64,000 bases of DNA from Escherichia coli (GCF_041248615.1 NZ_CP158426.1), one strand, 5' to 3'; counted from the first letter of the stretch, positions 20,721 to 32,374 are shown. The notes: generated by a model from the letters alone, not told the origin. Numbers and translations are program-made.

Positions 20721-21515
20721 TTATTGACCATTGTCGCCTTCGCGGGTTAGCCACCAGGCCCCCAGGATCGGCAAGGTTGTTACCAACATAACCAGCAGTG
20801 CCACCACGTTGGTTACCGGTACATCACGCGGTCGCCCAAGCTGATTGAGCAACCACAACGGTAACGTTCGTTCATGACCTGCCGTAAAGGTCGTCACGAT
20901 GATTTCATCGAACGACAAGGCAAACGCCAGCATTCCTCCTGCCAGTAGCGCCGAACTGAGATTCGGCAACACTACGTAGCGGAAGGTTTGCCAGCCATTG
21001 GCCCCAAGATCCATTGATGCCTCAACCAGACTCCACGAGGTGCGGCGAAAACGGGCGATGACATTGTTAAACACCACCACTACGCAAAAAGTCGCATGGC
21101 CGACCACGATGGTGAAAAATCCCGGCTCCAGATTGATGGTTTTAAAGGCGGTTAATAGCGCCAGACCAGTGACAATGCCCGGCAGCGCAATGGGCAGCAG
21201 CAGTAACAGCGAAATGGCATTTTTGCCGAAAAAGTCTCGTCGCCACAGCGCAGCAGCTGCCAGCGTCCCTAACACCAGCGCGATTAATGTCGCCAGCGCT
21301 GCCACTTTAAGTGACAGTGTCACTGCATCAAGAATATCACTACGCTGTGCTGCCACGCTAAACCAGCGCAGCGTCAGGCCTTGCGGTGGAAAACTAAACG
21401 CCGCATCTTCAGTGTTAAAGGCATAGGCGGCGATAATCAGGATGGGAAAATGTAGGAAAACCACGCCGCCCCAGGCCGCCAGTTTGAGGAAAAACGGTGC
21501 GCGTTCAGAGTGCAT
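20721..21515 (-). CDS. ydcV: ABC transporter permease (polyamine-type)
   Basis: ORF track; multi-TM permease; operon with ydcSTU. Confidence 0.9.
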
Positions 21516-22446
21516 CGAACGCTCCCAGACGTTTCACGAACGCCAGGTACAGTGCGATAAGAACAATCGGCACCAGGGTGAATGCCGCCGCCATCGGCAT
21601 ATTGCCAATCGCTCCCTGCTGGGAATAAACCATATTGCCGATAAAATATCCTGGAGGGCCAACCAGCTGAGGAACAATAAAATCGCCCAGTGTGAGTGAA
21701 AAGGTAAAGATAGAGCCAGCGGCAATACCAGGGATTGCCAGCGGCAGCACCACATAGCGAAAGGTTTGCCGTGGACGCGCGCCAAGATCAGCCGACGCCT
21801 GCAACAATGACAGCGGCAAACGCTCAAGCGCCGCCTGCACGGGCAGGATCATGAACGGCAACCAGATATAGAGAAACACCAGAAAGCGCCCCAGCCCGGA
21901 AGTTGACAGCGTATTGCCGCCCACCGCAGGTAATGTAAGGAACGCAGTCAGCAGTGGTTCCAGCCCAAGATGTTGTAAAAACCACTGAGCCACGCCATCT
22001 TTTGCCAGCAATAACGTCCAGGCATAGGCTTTAACAATGTAGCTCGCCCACATCGGCAACATTACCGCAATATAAAAAAACGCTTTCATTTTCCCGCTGG
22101 TATAGCGCGCCATATACCACGCCATTGGAAAAGCCAGAATGGCGCTGGCGATAGTGACTGCCACAGCCATAGTCAGCGTGCGGAGAATGATGTCGTAATT
22201 CGCCGGATTAAACAGCGCACGGATATTCGCCATCGTCAGTTCCGGCGTTACCGACATGGTGAAATCGTCAAAAGTATAAAAGCCCTGCCATAACAGCGTT
22301 AGCAGCGAGCCGAAATAGACAATGCCAAACCACATTAGCGGGCCAAGCAGCAGTAAAAACAGCCCCAGCCCCGGATTACGCCAGAAGAAACCGGACACCT
22401 TACCCAGACCTGGACGTGAAGGTGATTGCAATACATTCATCGCCAT
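21505..22446 (-). CDS. ydcU: ABC transporter permease (polyamine-type)
   Basis: ORF track; multi-TM permease; overlaps ydcV start. Confidence 0.9.
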
Positions 22447-23460
22447 TCACCTCTCCTCAACCAGCGGCACCATCACATCACGCGACCAGGAAACCATCAC
22501 CTGTTGTCCGGGCGTGAGCGTGGCAGGCAGTTCTTCGCCTGTCATATTGGCCTGACTCACCAGCAGTTTTTCACCGCCGTTCAATTTCAGTTCAAAACGA
22601 GTTGCCGCGCCCTGATATTGCACCGCCTGGATCGTGCCATTGGCCTGCAGTTCACCAGGGGTGTTGAGGCGGATATGTTCCGGTCGCAGGGCGAAGCTTC
22701 CCGTCATGCCACAAAGTTTCTCTGCCATCAGTCCATCAAAAACATTCGATGTACCAACGAACCCGGCAACAAACGGCGTGCGCGGGCGCATATAGAGATC
22801 GCGCGGGGAATCGACCTGCTCAATGCGTCCATTATTGAAAACCGCCACACGATCGGACATCGATAACGCTTCGCCCTGATCGTGGGTAACGAAGATAAAA
22901 GTGATACCGAGAGACTGTTGCAGTTTTTTCAGTTCCAGCTGCATCTGCTCACGCAATTTGAGATCCAGTGCGCCGAGCGGTTCATCCAGCAATAACACAC
23001 GCGGTTCGTTCACCAGTGCTCTGGCGATGGCGACTCGCTGGCGCTGACCACCAGAAAGTTGTGACGGTTTGCGTTGCTGTACAAACCCCAACGCCACTTT
23101 CTCCAGCGCCTCTTGCGCCATTGCGTGCCGCTGCTTTTTATTCACGCCTTTGACCATCAGCCCATAGGCGACATTGTCAAGAATCGACATATGCGGAAAT
23201 AGTGCGTAGTCCTGGAAGACAGTATTCACGTCCCGCTCCCACGGTGGCAGATTGCTGGCGGGTTTACCAAAGATAGAGATAGCCCCGCCGGAAAGCTGTT
23301 CGAAGCCAGCAATCAGGCGCAGGCAGGTGGTTTTGCCGGAGCCGGACGGCCCCAGCATAGAGAAGAACTCACCATCTTTTATCGCAATACTGACGCCATC
23401 TACTGCGCGCACGTCACCGTACAACCGCGAGACGTTGTCAAACTCCACTGCGTACGTCAT
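22447..23460 (-). CDS. ydcT: ABC transporter ATP-binding protein
   Basis: ORF track; Walker A GPSGSGKTT, signature LSGGQRQRV, Walker B LLLDEP. Confidence 0.9.
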   Translation of the reverse strand: MTYAVEFDNVSRLYGDVRAVDGVSIAIKDGEFFSMLGPSGSGKTTCLRLIAGFEQLSGGAISIFGKPASNLPPWERDVNTVFQDYALFPHMSILDNVAYGLMVKGVNKKQRHAMAQEALEKVALGFVQQRKPSQLSGGQRQRVAIARALVNEPRVLLLDEPLGALDLKLREQMQLELKKLQQSLGITFIFVTHDQGEALSMSDRVAVFNNGRIEQVDSPRDLYMRPRTPFVAGFVGTSNVFDGLMAEKLCGMTGSFALRPEHIRLNTPGELQANGTIQAVQYQGAATRFELKLNGGEKLLVSQANMTGEELPATLTPGQQVMVSWSRDVMVPLVEER

Positions 23461-23477
23461 AAAACACCCCAGCGAAG

Positions 23478-24623
23478 TTAGCGACCGCCCATAATGGCAA
23501 TGTAATCCTGCGTCCAGCGACTGTAGGGAACAAACTTGCCCCCTTCTGCTATAGGTGTTTTCCAGAAGGCGATTTTATCGAAATAGTTAAAACCGTTTGT
23601 TTCACACCCTTTCTCGCCTAATAACGGACTGGCTTTACACCCTTCCGGCACTACCGGTAACGAGCCAAACCAGGCCGCCACATCGCCCTGCACTTTTGGC
23701 GTTAATGACCAGTTCATCCATTTGTAGGCGCAAACCGGATGTTTCGCTTCACTATGTAGCATGGTGGTGTCAGCCCAACCGGTAACGCCCTCTTTCGGGA
23801 ATACGGTCGCGACAGGCTGGCCTTCGGCTTTCAGGGCGTTGGCCTGATAGGGCCATGCACTGGAAGCAACCACACCCTCGTTTTTGAAATCGCTCATTTG
23901 CACGGTAGTGTCATGCCAGTAGCGATGGATCAAACTATGTTGATCGCGCAGCACTTTCAGCACCGCCTGGTACTGTTCTTCGGTGAGTTGATACGGATCG
24001 CTGATGCCCAACTGCGGCTGAGTGGCTTTAACGAACAACGCAGCGTCCGCAATGTAGATAGGGCCATCATAAGCCTGAACGCGGCCTTTATTGCTCTTGC
24101 CGTCCGGCAGATTCTGCTCAACAAAAACCACTTGCCAGCTATCCGGCGGCGTCGGGAAGGTTTTAGTGTTGTACATCAGCAGGTTCGGCCCCCATTGGTA
24201 AGGTGTGCCATAAACTTTGCCGCCAACGTTAAACCAGTCGCCTTTAACCACGCGCGGATCGAGCGCTTTCCAGTTGGGAATCAAGGCGGTATTAATCGGC
24301 TGCACGCGTTTGCCCATAATCAGGCGCAGCGAGGCATCGCCGGATGCCGTAACCAGATCGTAACCCCCTTTGGTCATCAGACTGACCATTTCATCGGAAG
24401 TCGCGGCGGTTTTAACATTCACCGCGCAGCCTGTCTCTTTTTCGAATTGCGTTACCCAGTCGTATTGTTTATCAGTTTGTCCGCGTTCGATGTATCCCGG
24501 CCAGGCGATAATATCCAGTCGCCCTTCCGGTTTATCTAAATTGGTAGGCGGTTCGGCGGCGTGAGCGGTCATTATTGTCATGGTGAGCGCACACAGGCTG
24601 CTGCGGGCAAATGTCTTGCTCAT
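23478..24623 (-). CDS. ydcS: Periplasmic polyamine-binding protein of ABC transporter (PotD/PotF-like), signal peptide
   Basis: ORF track; signal peptide MSKTFARSSLCALTMTIMTAHA. Confidence 0.9.
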   Translation of the reverse strand: MSKTFARSSLCALTMTIMTAHAAEPPTNLDKPEGRLDIIAWPGYIERGQTDKQYDWVTQFEKETGCAVNVKTAATSDEMVSLMTKGGYDLVTASGDASLRLIMGKRVQPINTALIPNWKALDPRVVKGDWFNVGGKVYGTPYQWGPNLLMYNTKTFPTPPDSWQVVFVEQNLPDGKSNKGRVQAYDGPIYIADAALFVKATQPQLGISDPYQLTEEQYQAVLKVLRDQHSLIHRYWHDTTVQMSDFKNEGVVASSAWPYQANALKAEGQPVATVFPKEGVTGWADTTMLHSEAKHPVCAYKWMNWSLTPKVQGDVAAWFGSLPVVPEGCKASPLLGEKGCETNGFNYFDKIAFWKTPIAEGGKFVPYSRWTQDYIAIMGGR

Positions 24624-24867
24624 AAGGTCTTACTCCTGTCGTAATTAATTGTTCAGCCGCCGTGCCGTAAAAATATCTCCTTGTTTAACCATAGACGGCG
24701 GCTAGCAGGCACACCTTCGCCCCTGAGAAAATTTAATCAGGTTGTGAGCTACCGCGCATTATGCCGTCTGTAAGGTTATCTTCTGGAGTATAGACAAGGA
24801 GTTAGGAAATATGACTGCTATTCGAAATTCATATTACCCAACCTGAGAGGAATTTAATTAAACGCTA

Positions 24868-26274
24868 TTACAGCCGTTCTTGAATAAGTTTGCCTAATTG
24901 TTTAACCGCCTGTTCTTCACGTTCTCCCCACTGCCACGCGGTATTAAAACGGAAAAAACGTGACCAGTTTTCACCGGTAGAAAACATTTTACCCGGCGCA
25001 ATACTGATATGATGCGCCAGTGCCGCCAGGCTTAATTCGCCCGCATCTAACGGTTCGGGAAGCTCCAGCCAGAGAAAATAACCGCTGTCATTATGATGAA
25101 TTTTCACTTCCGCAGGCAGATAACGCAGCAGTGCTTGCCAGGCACGTTGTTTACGTTCCGCAAGCTGGCGACGCAGGCGACGAAGATGGGCGTCGTATCG
25201 GCGCGTGGAAAGGTAATCCACCAGAGCAAGCTGCATCGGTGAGCTGGTGGAAAGCGTACTCATCAACTGCAAGCGTTGAATTTTACGTGCATGTTTTCCG
25301 GCGGCGACCCAACCAATACGAAAACCAGGCACCAGACATTTCGAAAACGAAGAGCAATGCAAAACACCATCGTGGTGATCCCACGCTTTCGCAGGCAGCG
25401 GTTTTTCCCGTCCAAAATAAAGTTCGCTGTAAACGTCATCTTCAATCAGCGTTACGTTGTACTGATTGAGCAACGCTACCAGCCGCGCTTTTTTCTGCGG
25501 CGTTAAGGTAAATCCGAGTGGATTCTGGCTATTAGTCATCAGCCAGCACGCTTTCACCGGATACTCCTGCAACGCCAGTTCCAGCGCCTTGAGATCAATC
25601 CCTTCTTTAACGTCCGTCGCCACCGATAACGCCTTCAGCCGTAACCGCTCCAGCGCCTGCAACGCGCCGTAGAAACAAGGATTCTCTACTATCACCCAAT
25701 CGCCCGGTTCAGTGACCGCTTGTAAACTGAGGTTTAATGCCTCTAACGCCCCGGCGGTAATGACAATTTCATCAGGAGAAATAGTGATGCCCTGTAAGGC
25801 ATAACGACGAGCAATAGCCTGACGCAGTTCTGCGTTTCCTGGCGGTAAGTTTTCAATCACGCTCATCGCCGTGGCGGTTTTGCTTACCTGCGCCAGCGAG
25901 CGGTTTAGTTGTTGGAGGGGGAAAAGTCGCGGGTCGGGAAAGGCCGAGGCAAACGGAACTACCGACGGATCGCGACTGGCCTGCAACATATCAAAAATAT
26001 AGGTGTTGATATCGACTGCTTCATCTCGAGTGACAGGAATGACTGGCGCTTTCGGCATTTTTATTGCCTGTGGCGCAACGTAATAACCCGACTGCGGTCG
26101 AGCGATAATATGTCCCTGACTTTCGAGCAACTGATAGGCATGGCTGACAGTCATAAAGCTCATGCCAGAAAGCGCCACCTGGTCACGCAACGAAGGCAAA
26201 CGATCGCCAGGTTGCCAGATACCCGACGCAATCTGCTCGCGTAATTGTTCTGCAAGCTGCTGGTATTTTTTCAT
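24868..26274 (-). CDS. ydcR: MocR/GntR-family regulator with PLP-dependent aminotransferase-like domain, 468 aa
   Basis: ORF track; N-terminal GntR HTH plus aminotransferase-fold C-terminal domain. Confidence 0.9.
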   Translation of the reverse strand: MKKYQQLAEQLREQIASGIWQPGDRLPSLRDQVALSGMSFMTVSHAYQLLESQGHIIARPQSGYYVAPQAIKMPKAPVIPVTRDEAVDINTYIFDMLQASRDPSVVPFASAFPDPRLFPLQQLNRSLAQVSKTATAMSVIENLPPGNAELRQAIARRYALQGITISPDEIVITAGALEALNLSLQAVTEPGDWVIVENPCFYGALQALERLRLKALSVATDVKEGIDLKALELALQEYPVKACWLMTNSQNPLGFTLTPQKKARLVALLNQYNVTLIEDDVYSELYFGREKPLPAKAWDHHDGVLHCSSFSKCLVPGFRIGWVAAGKHARKIQRLQLMSTLSTSSPMQLALVDYLSTRRYDAHLRRLRRQLAERKQRAWQALLRYLPAEVKIHHNDSGYFLWLELPEPLDAGELSLAALAHHISIAPGKMFSTGENWSRFFRFNTAWQWGEREEQAVKQLGKLIQERL

Positions 26275-26352
26275 TATCGAATCGTAATTATGTGCAGATG
26301 ATTCGGCAGTCTATATCAGTTGTTAAAAATGACAACTTTTCGTTAACTGTAA

Positions 26353-26790
<438 letters not shown>

Positions 26791-26814
26791 GTCATTAACC
26801 TTTTTAATTGGCGA

Positions 26815-26991
26815 TTAACTCAAACCGAGTTGCTTCAGGATTGCTTTACGCAATGGTTCTTTTATCTCATCACTGGGGTGACGCGGCATGACACTGCGTC
26901 GCCCTTGAAACCTGAGTTTCAAATGGTTGCTGCCATTCGCCACATCGACGCCCTGAGATTCGAGCCAACGTCTGAACTCGCTTTGTTTCAC
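26815..26991 (-). CDS. hicA: HicA mRNA interferase toxin, 58 aa, GTG start
   Basis: Read from DNA: VKQSEFRRWLESQGVDVANGSNHLKLRFQGRRSVMPRHPSDEIKEPLRKAILKQLGLS; below the ORF-track size cutoff. Confidence 0.8.
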   Translation of the reverse strand: MKQSEFRRWLESQGVDVANGSNHLKLRFQGRRSVMPRHPSDEIKEPLRKAILKQLGLS

Positions 26992-27212
26992 ATCACCTCC
27001 CTGCCGCTGAGTATATCAACAAAGTAAACATTAGTGTTTACCTCCGTGTGTAATTTGCTCGAAAATAGCACTAAATCGCCGCAACGGCAGAATGCAATGC
27101 AAAATCAGGAAGGAAGATTCCAGAATTTCTTTGCGCTAATTTGCAAAACTGAATAATAACCTCAAGAAACGATCGGCATCATAGCGGCAAAAGGTCAGAA
27201 AAAGGTGGTGGG

Positions 27213-27443
27213 ATGTTTTCGAAGGTGTTATCGGTTGTCTTATTAACGTGTGCGCTGTTCTCAGGACAACTCATGGCAGGGCACAAAGGACATGAATTTG
27301 TGTGGGTAAAGAATGTGGATCATCAGCTGCGTCATGAAGCGGACAGCGATGAATTGCGTGCTGTGGCGGAAGAGTCGGCGGAAGGTTTGCGCGAGCATTT
27401 TTACTGGCAAAAATCGCGCAAACCAGAAGCGGGACAGCGTTGA
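27213..27443 (+). CDS. yncJ: Small secreted protein YncJ (76 aa)
   Basis: ORF track; signal peptide MFSKVLSVVLLTCALFSGQLMA. Confidence 0.7.
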   Translation: MFSKVLSVVLLTCALFSGQLMAGHKGHEFVWVKNVDHQLRHEADSDELRAVAEESAEGLREHFYWQKSRKPEAGQR

Positions 27444-27534
27444 GTCATTTGTTGCCGGATGCGGCATGACGCCTTACCCGGCAGGCAATATCATGCAGAT
27501 TTGATGAGTTGTGAGTAACCAGAAAACTGGCGTT

Positions 27535-29538
27535 TTACCCTTTTCGCTTCGGTAAAGTTTTCAGCAGCTCATCCGGACTTACGGATGCCACTACGCTTCC
27601 CGGTAACGGCATTTTCAGTATGTGATTTTTGATTTTGCCAATGACGTGCATCTCGCATGGGCGGCAATCAAACTTTAGCGTTAACACTTCATCACCGTTA
27701 ACCAGTTGCATTGGCGTCGCCTTCCAGCTTTTGATATTGCCTTTCGCCTGTTTCGGGCACAGATTGAAGGCAAAGCGCAGACAATGCTTAGTGATCATCA
27801 CCGGGACTTCGCCCTTCTCTTCATGTGCCTCATACGCCGCGTCAATCAGCTGCACACCATAGCGATGATAAAATTCACGCGCTTTCTGGTTGTATACGTT
27901 CGCGAGGAAACTCAGATGCGTTTGCGGATAAACCGGCGCAGGATCAGCAACCGGTTTACGGCTGCCCCGCTGGTAACAGGCTAGACGTGCAGCATCCAGC
28001 ATGTCGGCGGCTTCACGGCGGAACTGGTTTAACAGACTGTTTGGTACAAACAGCGCCCCGGGCAAATTAATTTGCACATCGCGGGCGTAATAGATGGTTT
28101 GCCCCAGTTTTGCCAGACCATCCTTCAGATTGTTCATTGCTTTTTCGGCGTTATTGGCTTCGTCGAATTGCCCGTCCAGGGTATGCGTGACGCTGACACC
28201 CTCTTCACTGGTGAGGGTCAGAATCAGTTGTTCCTGCCAGCCGCCCAGTTCAATGTCTACCGCCACCCGACGTTCGCTGGATGTTTTTGTCAGTGCCTGC
28301 TGCCAGTTATGATCAAGATTACGGTTTAGTGGGTGATGCGGGCGAATTTTGTGCAAATCTGCTGGCATTTCATTTGGCCAGACGCGGTACTGATTTTCTC
28401 CGGTTTTCTCTACCGTATTGGCACGAAAACCGACTACTTCACGTTTAATCATCACGTTCAGGCCATCGCCATTTGCCAGTGGCTCGGTGACGGCAACATC
28501 AAGATGATCTTTCGCCACTTTCAATACTTCACCCACCGGCAGGCCGATAAATTTCGGCGAATCGAACGCGCCAATATCGCCTTTACGGGCATTCACAAAA
28601 TAATCTGTGCTACCACGGTGGAAAGTCTTTTCCGTCGATGGAACAAAGAAATGTTCAGTACGACCTGATGAAGCACGCGCCAGATCGCCACGTTCTTCAA
28701 TAATGGCATCCAGCATTTGGCGATAATGCGCGGTGATATTCTTCACGTAGCTCATATCTTTGTAACGCCCTTCAATCTTGAAGGAGCGCACGCCAGCATC
28801 AATCAGCGCGCCAAGGTTGGCAGTCTGATCGTTATCTTTCATCGACAGCAGATGTTTTTCATAAGAAACCACCCGCCCCTGATCGTCTTTCAATGTGTAT
28901 GGCAAACGGCATGCCTGCGAGCAATCGCCACGGTTGGCGCTACGCCCTGTTTGCGCATGAGAAATGTAGCACTGACCAGAATAGGCCACGCACAATGCAC
29001 CATGAATAAAGAATTCAATGGTCGCGTCCGTGGCCTGGTGAATCGCGCGGATCTGCTCAAGATTCAGCTCTCGCGCTAGCACTATCTGCGTGAAACCAAC
29101 ATCAGAGAGGAACTTCGCTTTTTCTACTGTGCGAATATCGCACTGCGTACTGGCGTGAAGTTCAATCGGCGGAATATCAAGTTCCAGAATCCCCATATCC
29201 TGAACAATCAGCGCATCGACGCCAGTCTGGTAGAGGTCGGTAATCAGCCGTTGCGCAGGTTCCAGCTCATCATCATGCAAAATGGTGTTAAGCGTGACGA
29301 AAATTTTTGCACCATAACGATGGGCAAATGGCACCAGTTCGGCAATATCTTTCAGGCTATTACTGGCATTATGACGGGCACCAAAACCAGGGCCGCCGAT
29401 ATAAACAGCATCGGCACCGTGCAAAATAGCTTCGCGGGCAATGGCGGCATCGCGTGCCGGGCTTAACAGTTCAAGTCGATGAGAAGATACGGTCACATTC
29501 TTATCCAGTAGCTGAAAAATGGCGGCTATTTTAGCCAC
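27535..29538 (-). CDS. rlhA: Peptidase U32-family protein (23S rRNA hydroxycytidine synthase RlhA/YdcP); start uncertain (GTG at 29536-29538 or a downstream start)
   Basis: ORF track; U32 family conserved region and Cys-rich C-terminal region. Confidence 0.85.
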   Translation of the reverse strand: MAKIAAIFQLLDKNVTVSSHRLELLSPARDAAIAREAILHGADAVYIGGPGFGARHNASNSLKDIAELVPFAHRYGAKIFVTLNTILHDDELEPAQRLITDLYQTGVDALIVQDMGILELDIPPIELHASTQCDIRTVEKAKFLSDVGFTQIVLARELNLEQIRAIHQATDATIEFFIHGALCVAYSGQCYISHAQTGRSANRGDCSQACRLPYTLKDDQGRVVSYEKHLLSMKDNDQTANLGALIDAGVRSFKIEGRYKDMSYVKNITAHYRQMLDAIIEERGDLARASSGRTEHFFVPSTEKTFHRGSTDYFVNARKGDIGAFDSPKFIGLPVGEVLKVAKDHLDVAVTEPLANGDGLNVMIKREVVGFRANTVEKTGENQYRVWPNEMPADLHKIRPHHPLNRNLDHNWQQALTKTSSERRVAVDIELGGWQEQLILTLTSEEGVSVTHTLDGQFDEANNAEKAMNNLKDGLAKLGQTIYYARDVQINLPGALFVPNSLLNQFRREAADMLDAARLACYQRGSRKPVADPAPVYPQTHLSFLANVYNQKAREFYHRYGVQLIDAAYEAHEEKGEVPVMITKHCLRFAFNLCPKQAKGNIKSWKATPMQLVNGDEVLTLKFDCRPCEMHVIGKIKNHILKMPLPGSVVASVSPDELLKTLPKRKG

Positions 29539-29568
29539 AAGCGCGACGTTGCGAAATAGTTTTCCCGC

Positions 29569-30105
29569 TTAACTGCGTGGGTAATGGATGAGGGAATGAA
29601 AATGTACGATTTGCTCCCCACCATTACGATAGATATGCGTAACGTCTGCAGCAAATCGAGCGCCTTCTCCACAATTAAGGCTCTGCCATTCACCATCAAC
29701 GCACAGATCAAGTTGCCCATCAATGACGACAACATGTTCGATTACTCCCTTCTCATGGGGCGTCGATTCACTTATTGCACCAGGTGCCATCTGAATCGAG
29801 AAGTGTTCAAAGCAGAGTTGTGGATCATAAGGAAACAGTGAAGTGATCACCATCGCCTGCTGTTGTGGATCATAAACTGAAGGCGTAGCGGACTGTGGCG
29901 GAGAAATAAATGTCGAAAATGGCACGTTCAACCCGGTGGCAATTTTCCATAATGTCGCGACCGTCGGGCTGGATTCATTACGCTCAATCTGCCCTAACAT
30001 CGCTTTAGAAACGCCCGTCGCTTCTGCCAGTCGCGAAAGACTCCAGCCGCGCTGCTGACGTAGTTGTTTAAGTGTGGTGGATAAAAAGCGAGTGAGATTT
30101 TCCAT
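29569..30105 (-). CDS. ydcN: XRE-family HTH regulator with C-terminal cupin domain
   Basis: ORF track; N-terminal HTH (LRQQRGWSLSRLAEATGVSKAMLGQIE). Confidence 0.85.
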   Translation of the reverse strand: MENLTRFLSTTLKQLRQQRGWSLSRLAEATGVSKAMLGQIERNESSPTVATLWKIATGLNVPFSTFISPPQSATPSVYDPQQQAMVITSLFPYDPQLCFEHFSIQMAPGAISESTPHEKGVIEHVVVIDGQLDLCVDGEWQSLNCGEGARFAADVTHIYRNGGEQIVHFHSLIHYPRS

Positions 30106-30196
30106 GTGACTCCTCCGGCAAAGCGGAAGTTTATCACTTGTGCGTTATAACGGACAAATGCTACGGTGCCTGTATGCTATAACGCACGAGGTGACT

Positions 30197-31369
30197 ATGC
30201 GTCTGTTTTCTATTCCTCCACCCACGCTACTGGCGGGGTTTCTGGCGGTATTAATTGGCTACGCCAGTTCAGCGGCAATAATCTGGCAAGCAGCGATTGT
30301 CGCCGGAGCCACCACTGCACAAATCTCTGGCTGGATGACGGCGCTGGGGCTGGCAATGGGCGTCAGTACGCTGGCTCTGACATTATGGTATCGCGTACCT
30401 GTTCTCACCGCATGGTCAACGCCTGGCGCGGCTTTGTTGGTCACCGGATTACAGGGACTAACACTTAACGAAGCCATCGGCGTTTTTATTGTCACCAACG
30501 CGTTAATAGTCCTCTGCGGCATAACGGGACTCTTTGCTCGTCTGATGCGCATTATTCCGCACTCGCTTGCGGCGGCAATGCTTGCCGGGATTTTATTACG
30601 CTTTGGTTTACAGGCGTTTGCCAGTCTGGATGATCAATTTACGTTGTGTGGCAGTATGTTGCTGGTATGGCTGGCAACCAGGGCCGTTGCGCCGCGCTAT
30701 GCGGTAATTGCCGCGATGATTATTGGGATCGTCATCGTTATCGCGCAAGGTGACGTTGTCACAAATGATGTTGTCTTTAAACCCGTTCTCCCCACTTATA
30801 TTACCCCTGATTTTTCGTTTGCTCACAGTCTGAGCGTTGCACTCCCCCTTTTTCTGGTGACGATGGCATCGCAAAACGCACCGGGTATCGCAGCAATGAA
30901 AGCTGCCGGGTATTCGGCTCCTGTTTCGCCGTTGATTGTGTTTACTGGATTGCTGGCGCTTGTTTTTTCCCCTTTCGGCGTTTATTCCGTCGGTATTGCG
31001 GCAATCACCGCAGCTATTTGTCAAAGCCCGGAAGCGCATCCAGATAAAGATCAACGTTGGCTGGCAGCTGCCGTTGCCGGCATTTTTTATTTGCTCGCAG
31101 GTCTTTTTGGTAGTGCTATTACCGGGATGATGGCTGCCCTGCCCGTAAGTTGGATCCAGATGCTGGCAGGTCTGGCGCTGTTAAGTACCATTGGCGGCAG
31201 TTTGTATCAGGCGCTGCATAATGAGCGTGAGCGAGACGCGGCGGTGGTGGCATTTCTGGTAACGGCAAGTGGATTGACGCTGGTCGGGATTGGTTCTGCG
31301 TTCTGGGGATTAATTGCCGGAGGCGTTTGTTACGTGGTGTTGAATTTAATCGCTCACAGAAACCGATAA
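30197..31369 (+). CDS. ydcO: BenE-family inner membrane transporter
   Basis: ORF track trimmed to ATG 30197 (MRLFSIPPPTLLAGFLAVL...); about 12 TM helices. Confidence 0.85.
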   Translation: MRLFSIPPPTLLAGFLAVLIGYASSAAIIWQAAIVAGATTAQISGWMTALGLAMGVSTLALTLWYRVPVLTAWSTPGAALLVTGLQGLTLNEAIGVFIVTNALIVLCGITGLFARLMRIIPHSLAAAMLAGILLRFGLQAFASLDDQFTLCGSMLLVWLATRAVAPRYAVIAAMIIGIVIVIAQGDVVTNDVVFKPVLPTYITPDFSFAHSLSVALPLFLVTMASQNAPGIAAMKAAGYSAPVSPLIVFTGLLALVFSPFGVYSVGIAAITAAICQSPEAHPDKDQRWLAAAVAGIFYLLAGLFGSAITGMMAALPVSWIQMLAGLALLSTIGGSLYQALHNERERDAAVVAFLVTASGLTLVGIGSAFWGLIAGGVCYVVLNLIAHRNR

Positions 31370-31403
31370 TAAAAAGCGCCATCTTACGATGGCGCGGCTG
31401 GAA

Positions 31404-32072
31404 TTACTTTTTGTTAACGTCAAACATAGTGGCATCGGTCGCCATGTCATCAATAACTTGTTTAATATTTTCGAAAGCCATTGGCGTACTTTCGTTATTC
31501 AGGTCTTTACCTTCGCCCTGACGAACGACTTTGATAACCGGTTTATTAGTCGCTGCATCAATCAGCTCACCTTCAAAATAGAGGCGAGTATCCATGGTAC
31601 GGTGGCCTGTAGCCATTTGCGTCCCCGCAACCACTAATGCAACAGGAACCACTTCATAGAATTGCAGCCCTTCTTTGCTGGTATCTACACCGGTAATGGC
31701 CCCACGGAAAATCAGACTACGCGGCCCAGCGGTGGTAACCAGTGGTTTACGCTGCGCTATCGCTTCTTTCATTTCGGTGTTGGTATAGTTCAAAATTTTA
31801 TCCAGAACTTTCTGCCCTACCTGGGTAGAAGGTTTTGGCACCGGATAATAAGTGATTGGGTTCCAGACGATGCTGTCATATTTGCTTTGATCAAAACTCG
31901 GGTCTACCCAACGTAAAACAGGTTTACCTGTTGCTGAGGTTGTTTCTTTTAAATCAGAGTAATTGTTTAAAAAACCAGAATATTTATCTGGCTGGGTGAT
32001 TTTAGAGGCACAACCAGACAGAGCCAACAAGCCGCATAAAGCTGCAACTTTCGCAAATGATGTAGTACGCAT
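31404..32072 (-). CDS. ydcL: Lipoprotein YdcL (lipobox LSGC)
   Basis: ORF track; signal peptide with lipobox MRTTSFAKVAALCGLLALSGC. Confidence 0.85.
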   Translation of the reverse strand: MRTTSFAKVAALCGLLALSGCASKITQPDKYSGFLNNYSDLKETTSATGKPVLRWVDPSFDQSKYDSIVWNPITYYPVPKPSTQVGQKVLDKILNYTNTEMKEAIAQRKPLVTTAGPRSLIFRGAITGVDTSKEGLQFYEVVPVALVVAGTQMATGHRTMDTRLYFEGELIDAATNKPVIKVVRQGEGKDLNNESTPMAFENIKQVIDDMATDATMFDVNKK

Positions 32073-32374
32073 GAATAGTTTCCTGAGATGATTATATTAC
32101 TTTCTAAGTTATAGCAAAAAGCGCCGCTTCGTGTTGTGGCAAAAAAAGTGTTGGTGAAAATAAATTTTTTAGCCCCTTTTCAGACGACATAGTCAATGCC
32201 GAAAAAGGGGCTAAGTCAATCATCAGTAGTTAAATTTCAGTAAGTTAAGCGGCTAAAAAACTTCGACTACTGTGATTGATTTCACATCCCTTCGATAAAA
32301 AATATGCTTACCGAAAAGAAGAACAGTAAACCATCTCAGCGTGGGGAATTTTCACGCGCTTTGTTCTTACCGGA

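Noticed and set aside
24780-24850. 11-codon mini-ORF with a strong Shine-Dalgarno sequence (aaggagttaggaaatATG) in the ydcS-ydcR intergenic region
   Set aside because: Too short to support from sequence alone. It could be a leader peptide or chance. Noted only as a possible target for ribosome-profiling inspection.
32171-32212. Long inverted repeat agcccctttt-N22-aaaaggggct between ydcL and tehB
   Set aside because: No adjacent T-run in the right orientation for a tehB terminator, and no second copy in the window to call it a REP-type repeat. Function undetermined.
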